Below are positions 18,661-28,148 of a DNA stretch of 64,000 bases, in pieces. The notes under the pieces are model-generated. The model had not been told where the DNA came from. It did not search any database and was given only the letters and a program-made list of their open reading frames with translations. Source of the stretch: Candidatus Marinacidobacterales bacterium (GTDB lineage: Bacteria > Acidobacteriota > Vicinamibacteria > Marinacidobacterales > DATDRI01); contig CBDCNP010000002.1 of assembly GCA_965219415.1 (NCBI GenBank), forward strand, positions 2,176,001 through 2,240,000, in the 5' to 3' direction. Each line of letters starts with the position of its first letter. Position 1 is the first letter of the stretch. Made by a program: the position numbers and the translations under genes.

Positions 18661-19707
18661 TTATGAACCGGGGTACAACAGCATGCAATCACCATAGCTA
18701 TAGAAGCGATAGCGCTCCTGGACCGCTTTCCGATAGGCGCGTCGTACCGGCTCAACGCCTCCAAACGCCGAGACCAGTAGCAGCAAAGAGCTCTTGGGAA
18801 GGTGAAAGTTGGTCAAGAGGCCGTCCACCACCCGAAACTGAAACCCTGGAGTGATGAAGAGCTCCGTCTTGGCCGGGCCCGCCTTTAGCTCTCCAGAAGC
18901 CAAGGTCGCCGATTCGAGAGCGCGAACCGTCGTCGTCCCGACGGCAACCACGCGCCCGCCTCGAGACCGAGCCGCATCGACCGCGGCTACGGTTTCCTCC
19001 GGGACCGAGTAGCGTTCATGCTCCATGCGATGATCCTCGATGGCTTCTTCGCGAATCGGCTGGAACGTCCCATAGCCAACGTGGAGCGTCAGTTGGGCGG
19101 TGGCGATGTCGCGATTGGCGAGGGAACGAAGAATGTTTGGTGTAAAGTGAAGCCCCGCGGTGGGAGCCGCCACCGACCCCCGCTGGCGCGCGTACACCGT
19201 TTGGTAACGTTCCCGATCTCTTTCGCCGAGCTCGGCGCTTCGTCGTTTGATGTAGGGAGGAAGTGGAGTTTGGCCCACACGGTCGAGAACATCATAGAGG
19301 TCTCCCTCATAAAAAAGCTCGATGCTTCGTTGACCAAGCTCCAAGAGGTCCGCAACGATTGCCCGGAGCTCTCCTTTTCCGAAGACGATCCTCGTCCCGA
19401 CGCGCAGCTTCTTCGCGGGGCGAGCCAGGACCCGCCAGACATTGCTCTCGTCGCGTTGGAGCAGCAGCAGCTCGACCAAACCGCCGGACTCGGTCCACCC
19501 GTGCAGCTTGGCAGGAAAGACACGGGTGTTGTTGAGAACTAGCAAGTCTGCCGGTCGTAAAATATTGGGAAGCTCCAGGATCCGGGAGTGGTGAAGCGCT
19601 GCACGCGGAAGCTCTAGGTGAAGAAGCCTTGACTGGTCCCTCCGTTCGAGGGGCTGCTGAGCGATGAGCTCGGGAGGAAGCTCGAAGTCGAACTCGGAGA
19701 GGAGCAG
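18661..19707 (-). CDS. queA: S-adenosylmethionine:tRNA ribosyltransferase-isomerase
   Basis: LVLNNTRVFPAKL, PLPPYIKR, YQTVYA, VAAPTAGLHFT, TLHVGYGTF, TNFHLPKS, YRFYSYGD. The frame continues upstream of the track start to (L)LLSEFDFELPPELIAQQP, beginning at CTG 19707. Confidence 0.92.
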   Translation of the reverse strand: MLLSEFDFELPPELIAQQPLERRDQSRLLHLELPRAALHHSRILELPNILRPADLLVLNNTRVFPAKLHGWTESGGLVELLLLQRDESNVWRVLARPAKKLRVGTRIVFGKGELRAIVADLLELGQRSIELFYEGDLYDVLDRVGQTPLPPYIKRRSAELGERDRERYQTVYARQRGSVAAPTAGLHFTPNILRSLANRDIATAQLTLHVGYGTFQPIREEAIEDHRMEHERYSVPEETVAAVDAARSRGGRVVAVGTTTVRALESATLASGELKAGPAKTELFITPGFQFRVVDGLLTNFHLPKSSLLLLVSAFGGVEPVRRAYRKAVQERYRFYSYGDCMLLYPGS

Positions 19708-19709
19708 GG

Positions 19710-20723
19710 CTAGAAGAGTCGCTTTTGGGGGCTGGGGCGGTCGAGCCCGAAATGACGGTAGGCGCGCTCGGTCGCCACGCGACCCCGCGGCGTGCGATCG
19801 AGAAAACCGATTTGCATGAGAAAAGGTTCGTACATGTCTTCGATCGTGTCTCGCTCTTCGCTGATGACCGCGGCAATGGTACCGAGACCGACCGGCCCCC
19901 CCTCGAACTTCTCGATAATCGTCATGAGGATCTTGCGATCCATCTCGTCGAATCCGTGCTCGTCGACTTCCAACAGGCCTAGTGCTTCGAGCGCCACCGG
20001 CTCCGTGATTCTTCCATCCGCTTTGACTTGAGCGAAATCCCGTACTCGTCGAAGCAGTCGGTTGGCGATACGTGGCGTCCCACGGGAACGTTTTGCCAAA
20101 GCAGGCGCGGCATCGGCATCGATTGCGACCCCGAGGATGGCAGCGGAACGCAGCACCACCGCGGTGAGCTCTTCCTCGTCATAGAAGTCCAACCGATGAA
20201 CGATTCCGAAGCGGGCGCGGAGTGGGGAAGTGAGAAGCCCGGCCCGAGTGGTGGCCCCGACGAGCGTGAATCGAGAAACCGGGAGCTTCACGGATTTCGC
20301 GGAGGGGCCCTGGCCAATAATGATGTCCAGCCGATAATCCTCCATGGCTGGATAGAGCACCTCTTCGATGGATGGATGCAGGCGATGGACCTCATCAATA
20401 AAAAGAACGTCCCGTGTGTCCAGGTTGGTAAGGAGCGCCACCAAATCACCCGATTTTTCGATCAGCGGCCCGGCGCTCGGCTTGATGTTGACACCCAGCT
20501 CATTGGCGACCACGTGGGCCAGAGTGGTCTTGCCTAAACCAGGAGGGCCATAGAGCAGGAGGTGGTCCATTGCTTCACCGCGCTCGCGGGCGGCTTGCAC
20601 GGCGATTTGAAGCTGGTTCTTGACTTTCTTTTGCCCGATGTAGTCAATGAAGCTCTTCGGACGAAGGCTGGTGTCTAACGAGAGGTCCTCGTCGGACCTC
20701 TGGGCGGAGATCAACCGATCCAT
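19710..20723 (-). CDS. ruvB: Holliday junction branch migration helicase RuvB
   Basis: [56 protein letters not shown]. Confidence 0.97.
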   Translation of the reverse strand: MDRLISAQRSDEDLSLDTSLRPKSFIDYIGQKKVKNQLQIAVQAARERGEAMDHLLLYGPPGLGKTTLAHVVANELGVNIKPSAGPLIEKSGDLVALLTNLDTRDVLFIDEVHRLHPSIEEVLYPAMEDYRLDIIIGQGPSAKSVKLPVSRFTLVGATTRAGLLTSPLRARFGIVHRLDFYDEEELTAVVLRSAAILGVAIDADAAPALAKRSRGTPRIANRLLRRVRDFAQVKADGRITEPVALEALGLLEVDEHGFDEMDRKILMTIIEKFEGGPVGLGTIAAVISEERDTIEDMYEPFLMQIGFLDRTPRGRVATERAYRHFGLDRPSPQKRLF

Positions 20724-20741
20724 GGTTTTGCCGAGATTAAA

Positions 20742-22574
20742 TCACACCTTGAGTCCAACCGCACGCATGAGCGCCAAGGCGTTGCTCTTCTGCACGACAC
20801 CCGATTGGATTTGGTAGCTGAACGTCATCTTTCCGTCTTCGAGGTGATCCTCGAAATGGACGTTGGCGGCAGCAGGGGCGAGAGAATCCGCAATCTTGGC
20901 TAGGGCCAAGTCGTGCGTGGTGATGAGACCAACCGCTCCGCGTTCGACCAAGCTGCGCACTAGGCCGTCCGCGCCGATTCGCCGATCGTGAGAGTTCGTG
21001 CCCTGTAGGATTTCATCCAAGAGAAAAAGCAAAGGCAACTCGTTCTCGGTCATCTCCATGATCTGCCGCAAGTGTAGAACCTCGGCATAGAAGCGCGAAA
21101 TCCCACTCTGCAGTGAATCTTGGATCCGGATGGAAGCGCCGACCGACAGCGGAGACAGACTGAGCGCTCTCGCCCGCACCGTCGCCCCCGCGAGGGCGAG
21201 TACGCTATTGGTACCCACTGTCCGAAGGAGCGTGCTCTTGCCGGACATATTCGATCCGCTTACGATCAGTAGCCGCTGCTGCCCGGTTCCCAGTCGCAAG
21301 TCGTTCCTAACCATCTGCTCTTCGGGGATGAGAGGATGACCGAGCGCTTGGCCCTCGAACCGAAGCCCTTCATCCACGAACGTCGGAAAGGGGTCGGCTG
21401 GATGCTCATACGAGTAGCTAGCGAGAGAAACCAAGGCCTCGAGCTCGCCGGTGGTCACTAGCCAACGATCGACCGAGCTCCCGAAACGAGCGCGCCAGGA
21501 TTCGATCGCGAAAGCCAACTGCGTGGCCCACAGCATCAAGGCGGCCAAGGGGGCAAACATTTGATTGCGCCGACCGTCGAGCAGATCGATGCGGCGGCGC
21601 AGGCTTCTCACCTGCTTCGACGCCGGAATCTCATGCGTGCGAAGCGATTGCTGAAGGCTGACGAGCCGAGGTGAAGAGAAGGACTCGCGCTCGATAAGCA
21701 CCAGGAGCTTCGATAACACCGCCAGGTCGCGGGCCGGTTTCTCGACCGCGGTGATCACTCGAAGGACGCGAGATCGTAACCAGAAGGCAAAGGTGGCTTC
21801 AACGAAGAGAACCCCGAGTAGCGGCAAGCGGCTGACCAGCGAACCCAGCCAGGCGGCAACCAACATCACCGACGCGGCACCGAGGATCACCGCGACGCAA
21901 CGTCTCCAGTCGGACACGAGCACCGGAGGCGCCGACGCCCAGCGAGACAGAGCGTCCGGATCGACCTGGGCCAGCGGTACCTTCTCTTCTTTGTCGAGGG
22001 TTGCGATCTCCTCTCTCAGATCGAGTCTCGGGCGTAGCTCCTCAATCGCCGCCTGTCGAGCACGGATTTCGGCGGGAGCGGCGGGGGAGAGAAGCCAATC
22101 GGCCAGCGTCTTGGCGCCCCAGCTGGTCGTTGCCGTAGAGAGGAGCTCGAAGAGCGAGCCGCGGCCGAAAAGATCCAGGTCGAGCGCGTAGGGGTGTGAG
22201 TCGGGAAGGAAGCGTTCTCCGGAATCGCCGGCCCCCGCCCACCGGTTCTCTAGCCGTGCCAGTCCCCTGCCATAAAAAGAAGTGGCGCTGGCTTCCCTTC
22301 GCCAGCTACGCAAGACCCCGTCATGAATGATCACCAATCCCACGAACGTCGCGACAGGAATCGCCATCCACCATGGCGACAAAACGGGAGTGCCCCAAGT
22401 AAACCAAGCCGAAACAAACCCCACCGCGAAGGTCGCCACACGACCTCGAGAAATCCAATCCGCCTTGAGATGGTGACGGTTCGCCTCGGCCTCCCGTTCT
22501 TCGCGAAGTTTGACGTAGACCAAGCGTGGAGTCGCCAGTGGAGTCGAAGCTGGGGTAGAGCGTTTGTCGTTCAC
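20742..22574 (-). CDS. Membrane-anchored MutS-family ATPase (domain V only; no mismatch-binding or Smr domain)
   Basis: N-terminal hydrophobic hairpins, YALDLDLFG.GSLF, Walker A GSNMSGKST, SRFYAEV, LLDEILQGTNS, TTHD. Confidence 0.85.
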   Translation of the reverse strand: MNDKRSTPASTPLATPRLVYVKLREEREAEANRHHLKADWISRGRVATFAVGFVSAWFTWGTPVLSPWWMAIPVATFVGLVIIHDGVLRSWRREASATSFYGRGLARLENRWAGAGDSGERFLPDSHPYALDLDLFGRGSLFELLSTATTSWGAKTLADWLLSPAAPAEIRARQAAIEELRPRLDLREEIATLDKEEKVPLAQVDPDALSRWASAPPVLVSDWRRCVAVILGAASVMLVAAWLGSLVSRLPLLGVLFVEATFAFWLRSRVLRVITAVEKPARDLAVLSKLLVLIERESFSSPRLVSLQQSLRTHEIPASKQVRSLRRRIDLLDGRRNQMFAPLAALMLWATQLAFAIESWRARFGSSVDRWLVTTGELEALVSLASYSYEHPADPFPTFVDEGLRFEGQALGHPLIPEEQMVRNDLRLGTGQQRLLIVSGSNMSGKSTLLRTVGTNSVLALAGATVRARALSLSPLSVGASIRIQDSLQSGISRFYAEVLHLRQIMEMTENELPLLFLLDEILQGTNSHDRRIGADGLVRSLVERGAVGLITTHDLALAKIADSLAPAAANVHFEDHLEDGKMTFSYQIQSGVVQKSNALALMRAVGLKV

Positions 22575-22589
22575 GAATGGAGTCGAGCC

Positions 22590-23201
22590 CTAACTCGAAA
22601 AACGGCGGAGCGCGCCCTTCAGCGCGCTCTCGAAAGACGGGTTAGTCAAGTTCTTCAACGCCTCACGCACCGCTTGGTCCACTTGGCTCCTTTGGTACCC
22701 CAGATTGAGGAGAGCGGATACGAGGTCGTCGCGCAACGCGGTCTCTGGAGCCGACTCGGATACCTCACCCTTGGCGGGCTCCTCGACTCGAGCCAGTAGC
22801 TCAGGCATTTTGTCCTTGAGCTCCACCACCAAGCGCTCGGCCGTTTTCTTCCCGATGCCCGGGATCGAACCGAGGCGTCGCAGGTCGCCATGTCGAATGG
22901 CATCGACGAGATCCGCGGGCTCTAAACCGGATAGCACTTTGAGGCCAAGCGACGGACCAACCCCGGCTACCGAGATCAGCCTTTGAAAGAGCACCTCTTC
23001 GATCTCGGTGCGGAAGCCGAATAGTGCGATCATGTCTTCCCGCACGTGAGTATGAACGCGAAGAGACACCGTCGCTCCCTGTGCCGCGAGCTCGTAATAT
23101 GTAGACAAAGGGATGAGGACTTTGTATCCAACCCCTGAGACGTCGAGGATCACCTGTCCTGGTTTCTTGTCGCGAAGAGTACCGCTAAGGTAAGCGATCA
23201 T
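22590..23201 (-). CDS. ruvA: Holliday junction binding protein RuvA
   Basis: MIAYLSG, GVGY, HVRED..LFGF, GVGP, IPGIGKKTAERLVVELKDK, ALLNLGY. Confidence 0.96.
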   Translation of the reverse strand: MIAYLSGTLRDKKPGQVILDVSGVGYKVLIPLSTYYELAAQGATVSLRVHTHVREDMIALFGFRTEIEEVLFQRLISVAGVGPSLGLKVLSGLEPADLVDAIRHGDLRRLGSIPGIGKKTAERLVVELKDKMPELLARVEEPAKGEVSESAPETALRDDLVSALLNLGYQRSQVDQAVREALKNLTNPSFESALKGALRRFSS

Positions 23202-23219
23202 TCTGGTCTAAGTCGAGGT

Positions 23220-23714
23220 TCAACGACCCGGGGCGACGCGCTCGGTGAAGCGGAGTCGGTGGGCGTCGCAAAGAGCCACTGCCAAGGCGTCAGCAGCATC
23301 GTGGGGTTCCGGAGGCTCCTGTAACCGAAGCAGAACCATCACCATCTTTTTCACCTGTTCTTTGTCGGCCCGGCCGTACCCGACGACAGCCTGCTTGACC
23401 TCGAGGGGGCTATACTCGAAGACTGGCACGCCTTGCGAGACACCCGCCAGAAGGGTGACCCCTCTGACGTGGCCGAGACGCAACGCACTCTTTACGTTGG
23501 CGGCGTAAAAGAGGTCTTCGACGACCACCCGCTCGGGATGGCAGCGCTCGATGACCTTCAAGAGCTCGAGGTGGATGTAGTGGAGTCTTTCCGCGAAAGC
23601 AACCCGGGGACTTCGGATGACGCCGTACTCGACGAGGGAGTGTTCGTTCCCGTCGGAGTCGATCGCCCCGTAGCCAGTGGCCTGGGTGCCCGGGTCGATA
23701 CCGAAGATTCTCAA
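23220..23714 (-). CDS. ruvC: Crossover junction endodeoxyribonuclease RuvC
   Basis: GIDPG..TGYG, VVEDLF, EYSPLEVKQAVVGYGRADKEQV, DAADALAVA. Confidence 0.96.
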   Translation of the reverse strand: MRIFGIDPGTQATGYGAIDSDGNEHSLVEYGVIRSPRVAFAERLHYIHLELLKVIERCHPERVVVEDLFYAANVKSALRLGHVRGVTLLAGVSQGVPVFEYSPLEVKQAVVGYGRADKEQVKKMVMVLLRLQEPPEPHDAADALAVALCDAHRLRFTERVAPGR

Positions 23715-23735
23715 GGTACCCGCTCGGGGTCAACT

Positions 23736-24491
23736 TCAATTAGAAGCCAGGGCAGCCTCGATCTCCTTTTCCTCTATGTCGAAGTTGGCCCAGACATTCG
23801 TTGAGTCTTCATGATCTTCCAGGACTTCCATGAGTCGAAGCATTTGTACTGCGTTCTTGCCGGAAAGCTTAACGCTGCTCTGCGGGATCATGATGATCTG
23901 TTCCGCCGCAAGAGCAATGTTCTTCGTTTCGACGGCCTGGCGCACGGCGTCGAAGGACTCGAGAGGCGTAAAGATCTCCCAGTTACTGCCGTCATTGTTC
24001 ACGTCTTCGGCGCCGGCCTCCAAGGCGATGTCGAGGAGATCCTCCTCAGCGATTTTCTCCTTTTCTACGACCAAGTAACCCTTCTTTTGGAACATCCAGG
24101 CCACCGAACCCGCCTCACTCAGGCTGCCGCCGAACTTCGAGAAGAGATGTCGGAGCTCTGAAACGGTACGGTTCTTGTTATCGGTCGTCGCCTCGATGAG
24201 AACCGCCACCCCCCCTTGCCCATAACCTTCATAGATCACTTCTTCCAGGTTGAAACCTTCGAGCTCCCCGGTCCCCTTTTTGACCGCGCGGTCGATATTG
24301 TCCTTCGGCATGTTCAGAGCCTTGGCTTTTTGAACCGCTAGCCGAAGGCGGGGATTGGCCCCCGCGTCGCCGCCACCGAGGCGAGCCGCGACCGTGATCT
24401 CCTTGATCACTTGCGTGAAGGCTTTGCCTCGCTTGGCATCGGCGCGGCCCTTCTTGTGCTTGACGGAGTGCCACTTGGAATGTCCGGACAT
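23736..24491 (-). CDS. yebC: YebC/PmpR family protein
   Basis: [32 protein letters not shown]. Usual position upstream of ruvC. Confidence 0.96.
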   Translation of the reverse strand: MSGHSKWHSVKHKKGRADAKRGKAFTQVIKEITVAARLGGGDAGANPRLRLAVQKAKALNMPKDNIDRAVKKGTGELEGFNLEEVIYEGYGQGGVAVLIEATTDNKNRTVSELRHLFSKFGGSLSEAGSVAWMFQKKGYLVVEKEKIAEEDLLDIALEAGAEDVNNDGSNWEIFTPLESFDAVRQAVETKNIALAAEQIIMIPQSSVKLSGKNAVQMLRLMEVLEDHEDSTNVWANFDIEEKEIEAALASN

Positions 24492-24518
24492 AACTACACC
24501 GTTTACTTAAGGTTTCCG

Positions 24519-24547
24519 ATGCTAACAGATGCCTGGTGCGGGTTCAA
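24519..24547 (-). promoter_or_regulatory. Candidate sigma70 promoter for yebC-ruv
   Basis: TTGAAC-17 bp-TAGCAT with an extended -10 TG. Confidence 0.4.
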
Positions 24548-24563
24548 TCCCGAGTAACCGGAG

Positions 24564-25442
24564 TCAATCGTCAAAAACGAAGGTCGGCTCCTGATAATAC
24601 CGGACCCTCTTCTCGCCGACTTTCTCGTTGATGGCCTCCTGAAGCCAGTGGCGCTTTTCATGCAACGGTAAATGAGACTTCAAGAGCGCGAGTTGCAGGT
24701 TGAAGCCCAGTACGCGGCGCGGGACCAGAATCCGCGTTACGCCGGAGGGCAGACGCTCCCCAGCTTCGGCGACTCGGCGCACTTCGTCCTTCGAAAATTT
24801 AGGGAACAGTACCAGCGCCCCGAAGTGAGGATAGTGTTGCCTCACCGACGGAAAGTCGGTGTGGTTCACGCGATCCATCCGCCCTGGACCGTGGTAGTAG
24901 ATTTGGGTGAGCCCTCTCAGATGGCCCACCCGCTCGCTCAGCTCGAGCTTGCCATGTAGGTGAAGGGCCTTCGACTCGCTGAGAGCAATCGTGCACAGGT
25001 AATCGGGGTTCGACTCATCTCCTAGATCCCCGAGCTCGCCTTCTTTCACGGTCACACCAGGTATCGAGCTCGCTTTCTCCACGATGGTTTTCGCCTCGAT
25101 GTCCCGCACCACGTGGTTCCAATGAGAGATGACAAGCTCCGGCTCCTCATAACGTTCCACCTGGACGAGTAGATGCGGTACCTCGAGGTTGCGAAGCGCG
25201 GAGACGCGGTTGGCTCCGTCGAGCAACATGTAGCGCTCGCTGCCGGCGAGGCTCGCGGCAATGGGAGGATTCTTCAGGACGCCGTCGGCGGACAGACGGT
25301 CGATCAAGCGAGCAACCCGTTCGAGGTCTTCCTCCTCATGCAGCAGGAGATCATCCTGCGCCACGATGCGCAGATCGGGAAACTCCCCGCCCCGACCTCG
25401 ATGTCCCTGATGTCCCTGCGGTCGTTTAGAGGCCATCTTCAT
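24564..25442 (-). CDS. ParB/sulfiredoxin-fold protein, SbnI/SerK-like free L-serine kinase candidate
   Basis: LLLHEEEDLERV..L...L..DGVLKNPPI....RYMLLDGANRVSAL and C-terminal LPSGVTRILVPRRVLGFNLQLALLK...RVRYYQEPTF resemble SbnI in both halves. Confidence 0.7.
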   Translation of the reverse strand: MKMASKRPQGHQGHRGRGGEFPDLRIVAQDDLLLHEEEDLERVARLIDRLSADGVLKNPPIAASLAGSERYMLLDGANRVSALRNLEVPHLLVQVERYEEPELVISHWNHVVRDIEAKTIVEKASSIPGVTVKEGELGDLGDESNPDYLCTIALSESKALHLHGKLELSERVGHLRGLTQIYYHGPGRMDRVNHTDFPSVRQHYPHFGALVLFPKFSKDEVRRVAEAGERLPSGVTRILVPRRVLGFNLQLALLKSHLPLHEKRHWLQEAINEKVGEKRVRYYQEPTFVFDD

Positions 25443-25950
25443 TCATCAGTTGGGGTGCCAGAAAACTCGACCCCCGCCAACCGTAGATACACGTAGAGAC
25501 TTCCTCGGTGGTGAAACTCTTGCTCGAGCATGCGAGGCGAGCTCGGCGCGGGTCATTCCCGGTTCTGGACCACCTTCCGGGTTCGTCTCGCTCGGCGCCG
25601 CTGTGAAAGGTGAGTCGATTTTCTTGTGGAAAGCATCGTCCGTCATCATCGCCAGCCCACTGACGACGTCTTCGTGAAGCCTTCGAAAGAAGCTCATGGC
25701 CTCATCACGGCGCGCCCAGTCGAGCCGTGGCTCGAGATCCCACTCCTCCTCCAGGATGCCTCGGCTCATTACCAGCTCGTTGCTTATGATCTGACCGACC
25801 AACTCTCTAAAACTGCTCATCGACTCGGCCGGCCTCCATTCCCCATTCTTCTTGCGGAACGAGATTGCAAATTTGGAGGGTTCTGGCGAAGGTGCGACGG
25901 TAGCGATCGCTAAACTGCTTGACGTCGGTGTCACTCCTTTCCACTGTCAC
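25439..25950 (-). CDS. DinB-family protein (two apparent single-base frameshifts)
   Basis: Three frames join to give ...FSDRYRRTFARTLQICNLVPQEE/WRPAESMSSFRELVGQI...MTRAELA/MLEQEFHHRGSLYVYLRLAGVEF. HHRGxLxxYLR is the DinB C-terminal motif. The corrected stop overlaps the next ATG (ATGA). Confidence 0.7.
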
Positions 25951-25996
25951 GCTGCCGACCCCCCTCGTTGACGACTCCCATTATAGACCCAATGCA

Positions 25997-26026
25997 TTGA
26001 CAATTCGTGGCATCGGACCATAGCAT
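25997..26026 (+). promoter_or_regulatory. sigma70-like promoter for the liv-type operon
   Basis: TTGACA-18 bp-TAGCAT ending 8 nt before the ATG at 26035. Confidence 0.5.
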
Positions 26027-26034
26027 CGCCAAGC

Positions 26035-27249
26035 ATGTCCCGACTGTTTTACGCTCTCCTGGCTCTGGCGATTGGCTGTGCGGCGCCGGTTCCCACCGGG
26101 CCGGTGTTGACCTTGGGCGCGGCGATCCCCTTGAGTGGTAAGCATGCGAAGGCGGGGAGGTTTTTCAAACAGGGCTATGAGCTCGCCATCGAGGAGAAGA
26201 ACAACCAGGGTGGCGTCCTCGTAGGCGGCGAACGTATTCCGGTGAAGCTAGTTCTGTACGACGACAAGAGCGACGCCGCCACCGCGGTGAGCCTGGTCGA
26301 ACGACTGGTGGCGGTGGACGAAGTGAACGCATTGCTCTCCGGTTACAGCACGCCCCTCGTTCAAGCACAAGTGGTGGTGCCCGAGAAATACGGCATCCCT
26401 TATCTGAACGCGGGCGGAGCCTCCCAACCCATTTTCAAACCCAACAACAGGTGGATCTTCGGACTGTTGAGCCCAGTCGAGAAGCTTGCTGAAACAACGA
26501 TGGACTGGCTTGCGCTCGAGCAAGACGCCCAACGTCTGCCCTCGCCAGCCCGGATCGCGCTCGTATGGCAAAACACCGATCACGGCAGGGAGTACCGCAC
26601 GGGCGTTCAAGGAGCGCTACGTCGCTACAGAGGCCGTTTCGATTTGGCATTGGACGAAGGCTTCGAGCACCTCGCCAAAGATCACACAGCGCTTCTCATC
26701 AAAGTAAAGGCCGCGGAGGCGGATGTGTTCCTTTCCGACGCGCATGAGCCCGATTACGTACTGCAGCACCGCGCCTACGTCGAGCAGGGCCTGAATCACA
26801 AAGTCGTCTCCTATGGCGCGCGCGGCCCAGAGAGTAGTGTTCGCCGCGCACTCGGGGACCACGTGAACTACAACATATCCGCTCAATGGTGGTCGCCGGC
26901 ACTTCCGTACCCGCAATCGAAGTTATTCCTCGAAAGCTTCGGGAATGCCTACAATCAGCACCCCACCGAGTACTACCCAGCTCTAGCCTATGAAGGCGCG
27001 CGAACCATTATGGCGGCCGTGGAAACCGCTGGCTCGGTGGATAGAGACCCTATTCGCGAGGCACTCGCCTCGCTCGAGCTCCGCGATCGCCTGATCCCCG
27101 GTGAGCGTGTCTACTTCCCCGCCGAGAATCGGTATCAGATCGATAACACCTGCCTCATCGTTCAGAACAAGCCGGGTGGCGGCGTGGATATCATTTACCC
27201 GCCCGGGGCGGCGACGGGCGAAGCCATCGTCCCTCGCCCCGTCCGCTGA
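26035..27249 (+). CDS. Branched-chain amino acid-type ABC transporter substrate-binding lipoprotein
   Basis: Lipobox LAIGC, IPLSG..A..G, N.QGGVLVGG, YDDKSD. First gene of a liv-like operon. Confidence 0.88.
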   Translation: MSRLFYALLALAIGCAAPVPTGPVLTLGAAIPLSGKHAKAGRFFKQGYELAIEEKNNQGGVLVGGERIPVKLVLYDDKSDAATAVSLVERLVAVDEVNALLSGYSTPLVQAQVVVPEKYGIPYLNAGGASQPIFKPNNRWIFGLLSPVEKLAETTMDWLALEQDAQRLPSPARIALVWQNTDHGREYRTGVQGALRRYRGRFDLALDEGFEHLAKDHTALLIKVKAAEADVFLSDAHEPDYVLQHRAYVEQGLNHKVVSYGARGPESSVRRALGDHVNYNISAQWWSPALPYPQSKLFLESFGNAYNQHPTEYYPALAYEGARTIMAAVETAGSVDRDPIREALASLELRDRLIPGERVYFPAENRYQIDNTCLIVQNKPGGGVDIIYPPGAATGEAIVPRPVR

Positions 27250-27278
27250 TCAAGCACACCGCATGCCGTGAAGCACTG

Positions 27279-28148
27279 ATGACTTTGACGTGGCCAGATC
27301 TCGCGGCGGTGGTCGTTTCGGGGATGCTTCTGGGTGCCCTATACGGATTGATGTCCTATGGGCTCGGACTCATCTATGGCGTTATGAAGATCGTGAACCT
27401 AGCGCATGGCGCCATGCTCACGCTCGGAGCCTACGGAACTCTCTGGCTCCACACCAACTACCGCATCGATCCCTTACTCTCGATTCCACTGATCGCAGCC
27501 GGCGGATTCGTCATCGGTTTCTTACTAGAGATCAGCCTGGTCAAGAGGATTCGACAAGCTCCCGCTATTTCCTCGTTGCTTCTTCTCTTCGGAGTCTGGT
27601 TGGTCGTGAAGAACGTCCTCTACCTCTTCTTCGGCGGTGACGATCAATCGATCCTGACGAGCTACACCTTCGAGCGCTTGGACCTCGGTATTCCCGTAAA
27701 CGTGACGCGTCTCCTCGTCTTCGGGATCTCGCTTGTTTGCTTCGGGGGGCTCCAGTACCTGCTTCACCATACGTACTTGGGGCGGGCGATCCGAGCGGTG
27801 GCACAGGATTCCGCCGCCGCGGCACTTGCTGGCATCAATGTGGACCGCGTTTCGGCTCTGACCTTCGGGCTCGGGTCGGCCCTGGCGACCATCGCCGGTA
27901 GCCTCATGGCATTGATCTATTCGTTCAACCCCGAGTTCGGCGGAAGCTTCTTGCTGAAGAGCTTTTGCGTCGTCGTGCTTGGCGGATTGGAAAGCACGAT
28001 AGGGATTCTCCTCGGCGGATTCGCGCTCGGACTCGCGGAGTCTTTGTCGGTAGTCGTCCTGCCTGCTTCCTTCCAAGACTTGGTGAGCTTCGTTCTGCTA
28101 GTCGTCATCCTGGTGATTCGGCCCCCGCGAACAGGAGAAAGAGCATGA
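27279..28148 (+). CDS. LivH-like ABC permease
   Basis: GLGLIYGVMKIVNLAHG, LGRAIRAVAQD, VVLGGL. Confidence 0.9.
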   Translation: MTLTWPDLAAVVVSGMLLGALYGLMSYGLGLIYGVMKIVNLAHGAMLTLGAYGTLWLHTNYRIDPLLSIPLIAAGGFVIGFLLEISLVKRIRQAPAISSLLLLFGVWLVVKNVLYLFFGGDDQSILTSYTFERLDLGIPVNVTRLLVFGISLVCFGGLQYLLHHTYLGRAIRAVAQDSAAAALAGINVDRVSALTFGLGSALATIAGSLMALIYSFNPEFGGSFLLKSFCVVVLGGLESTIGILLGGFALGLAESLSVVVLPASFQDLVSFVLLVVILVIRPPRTGERA

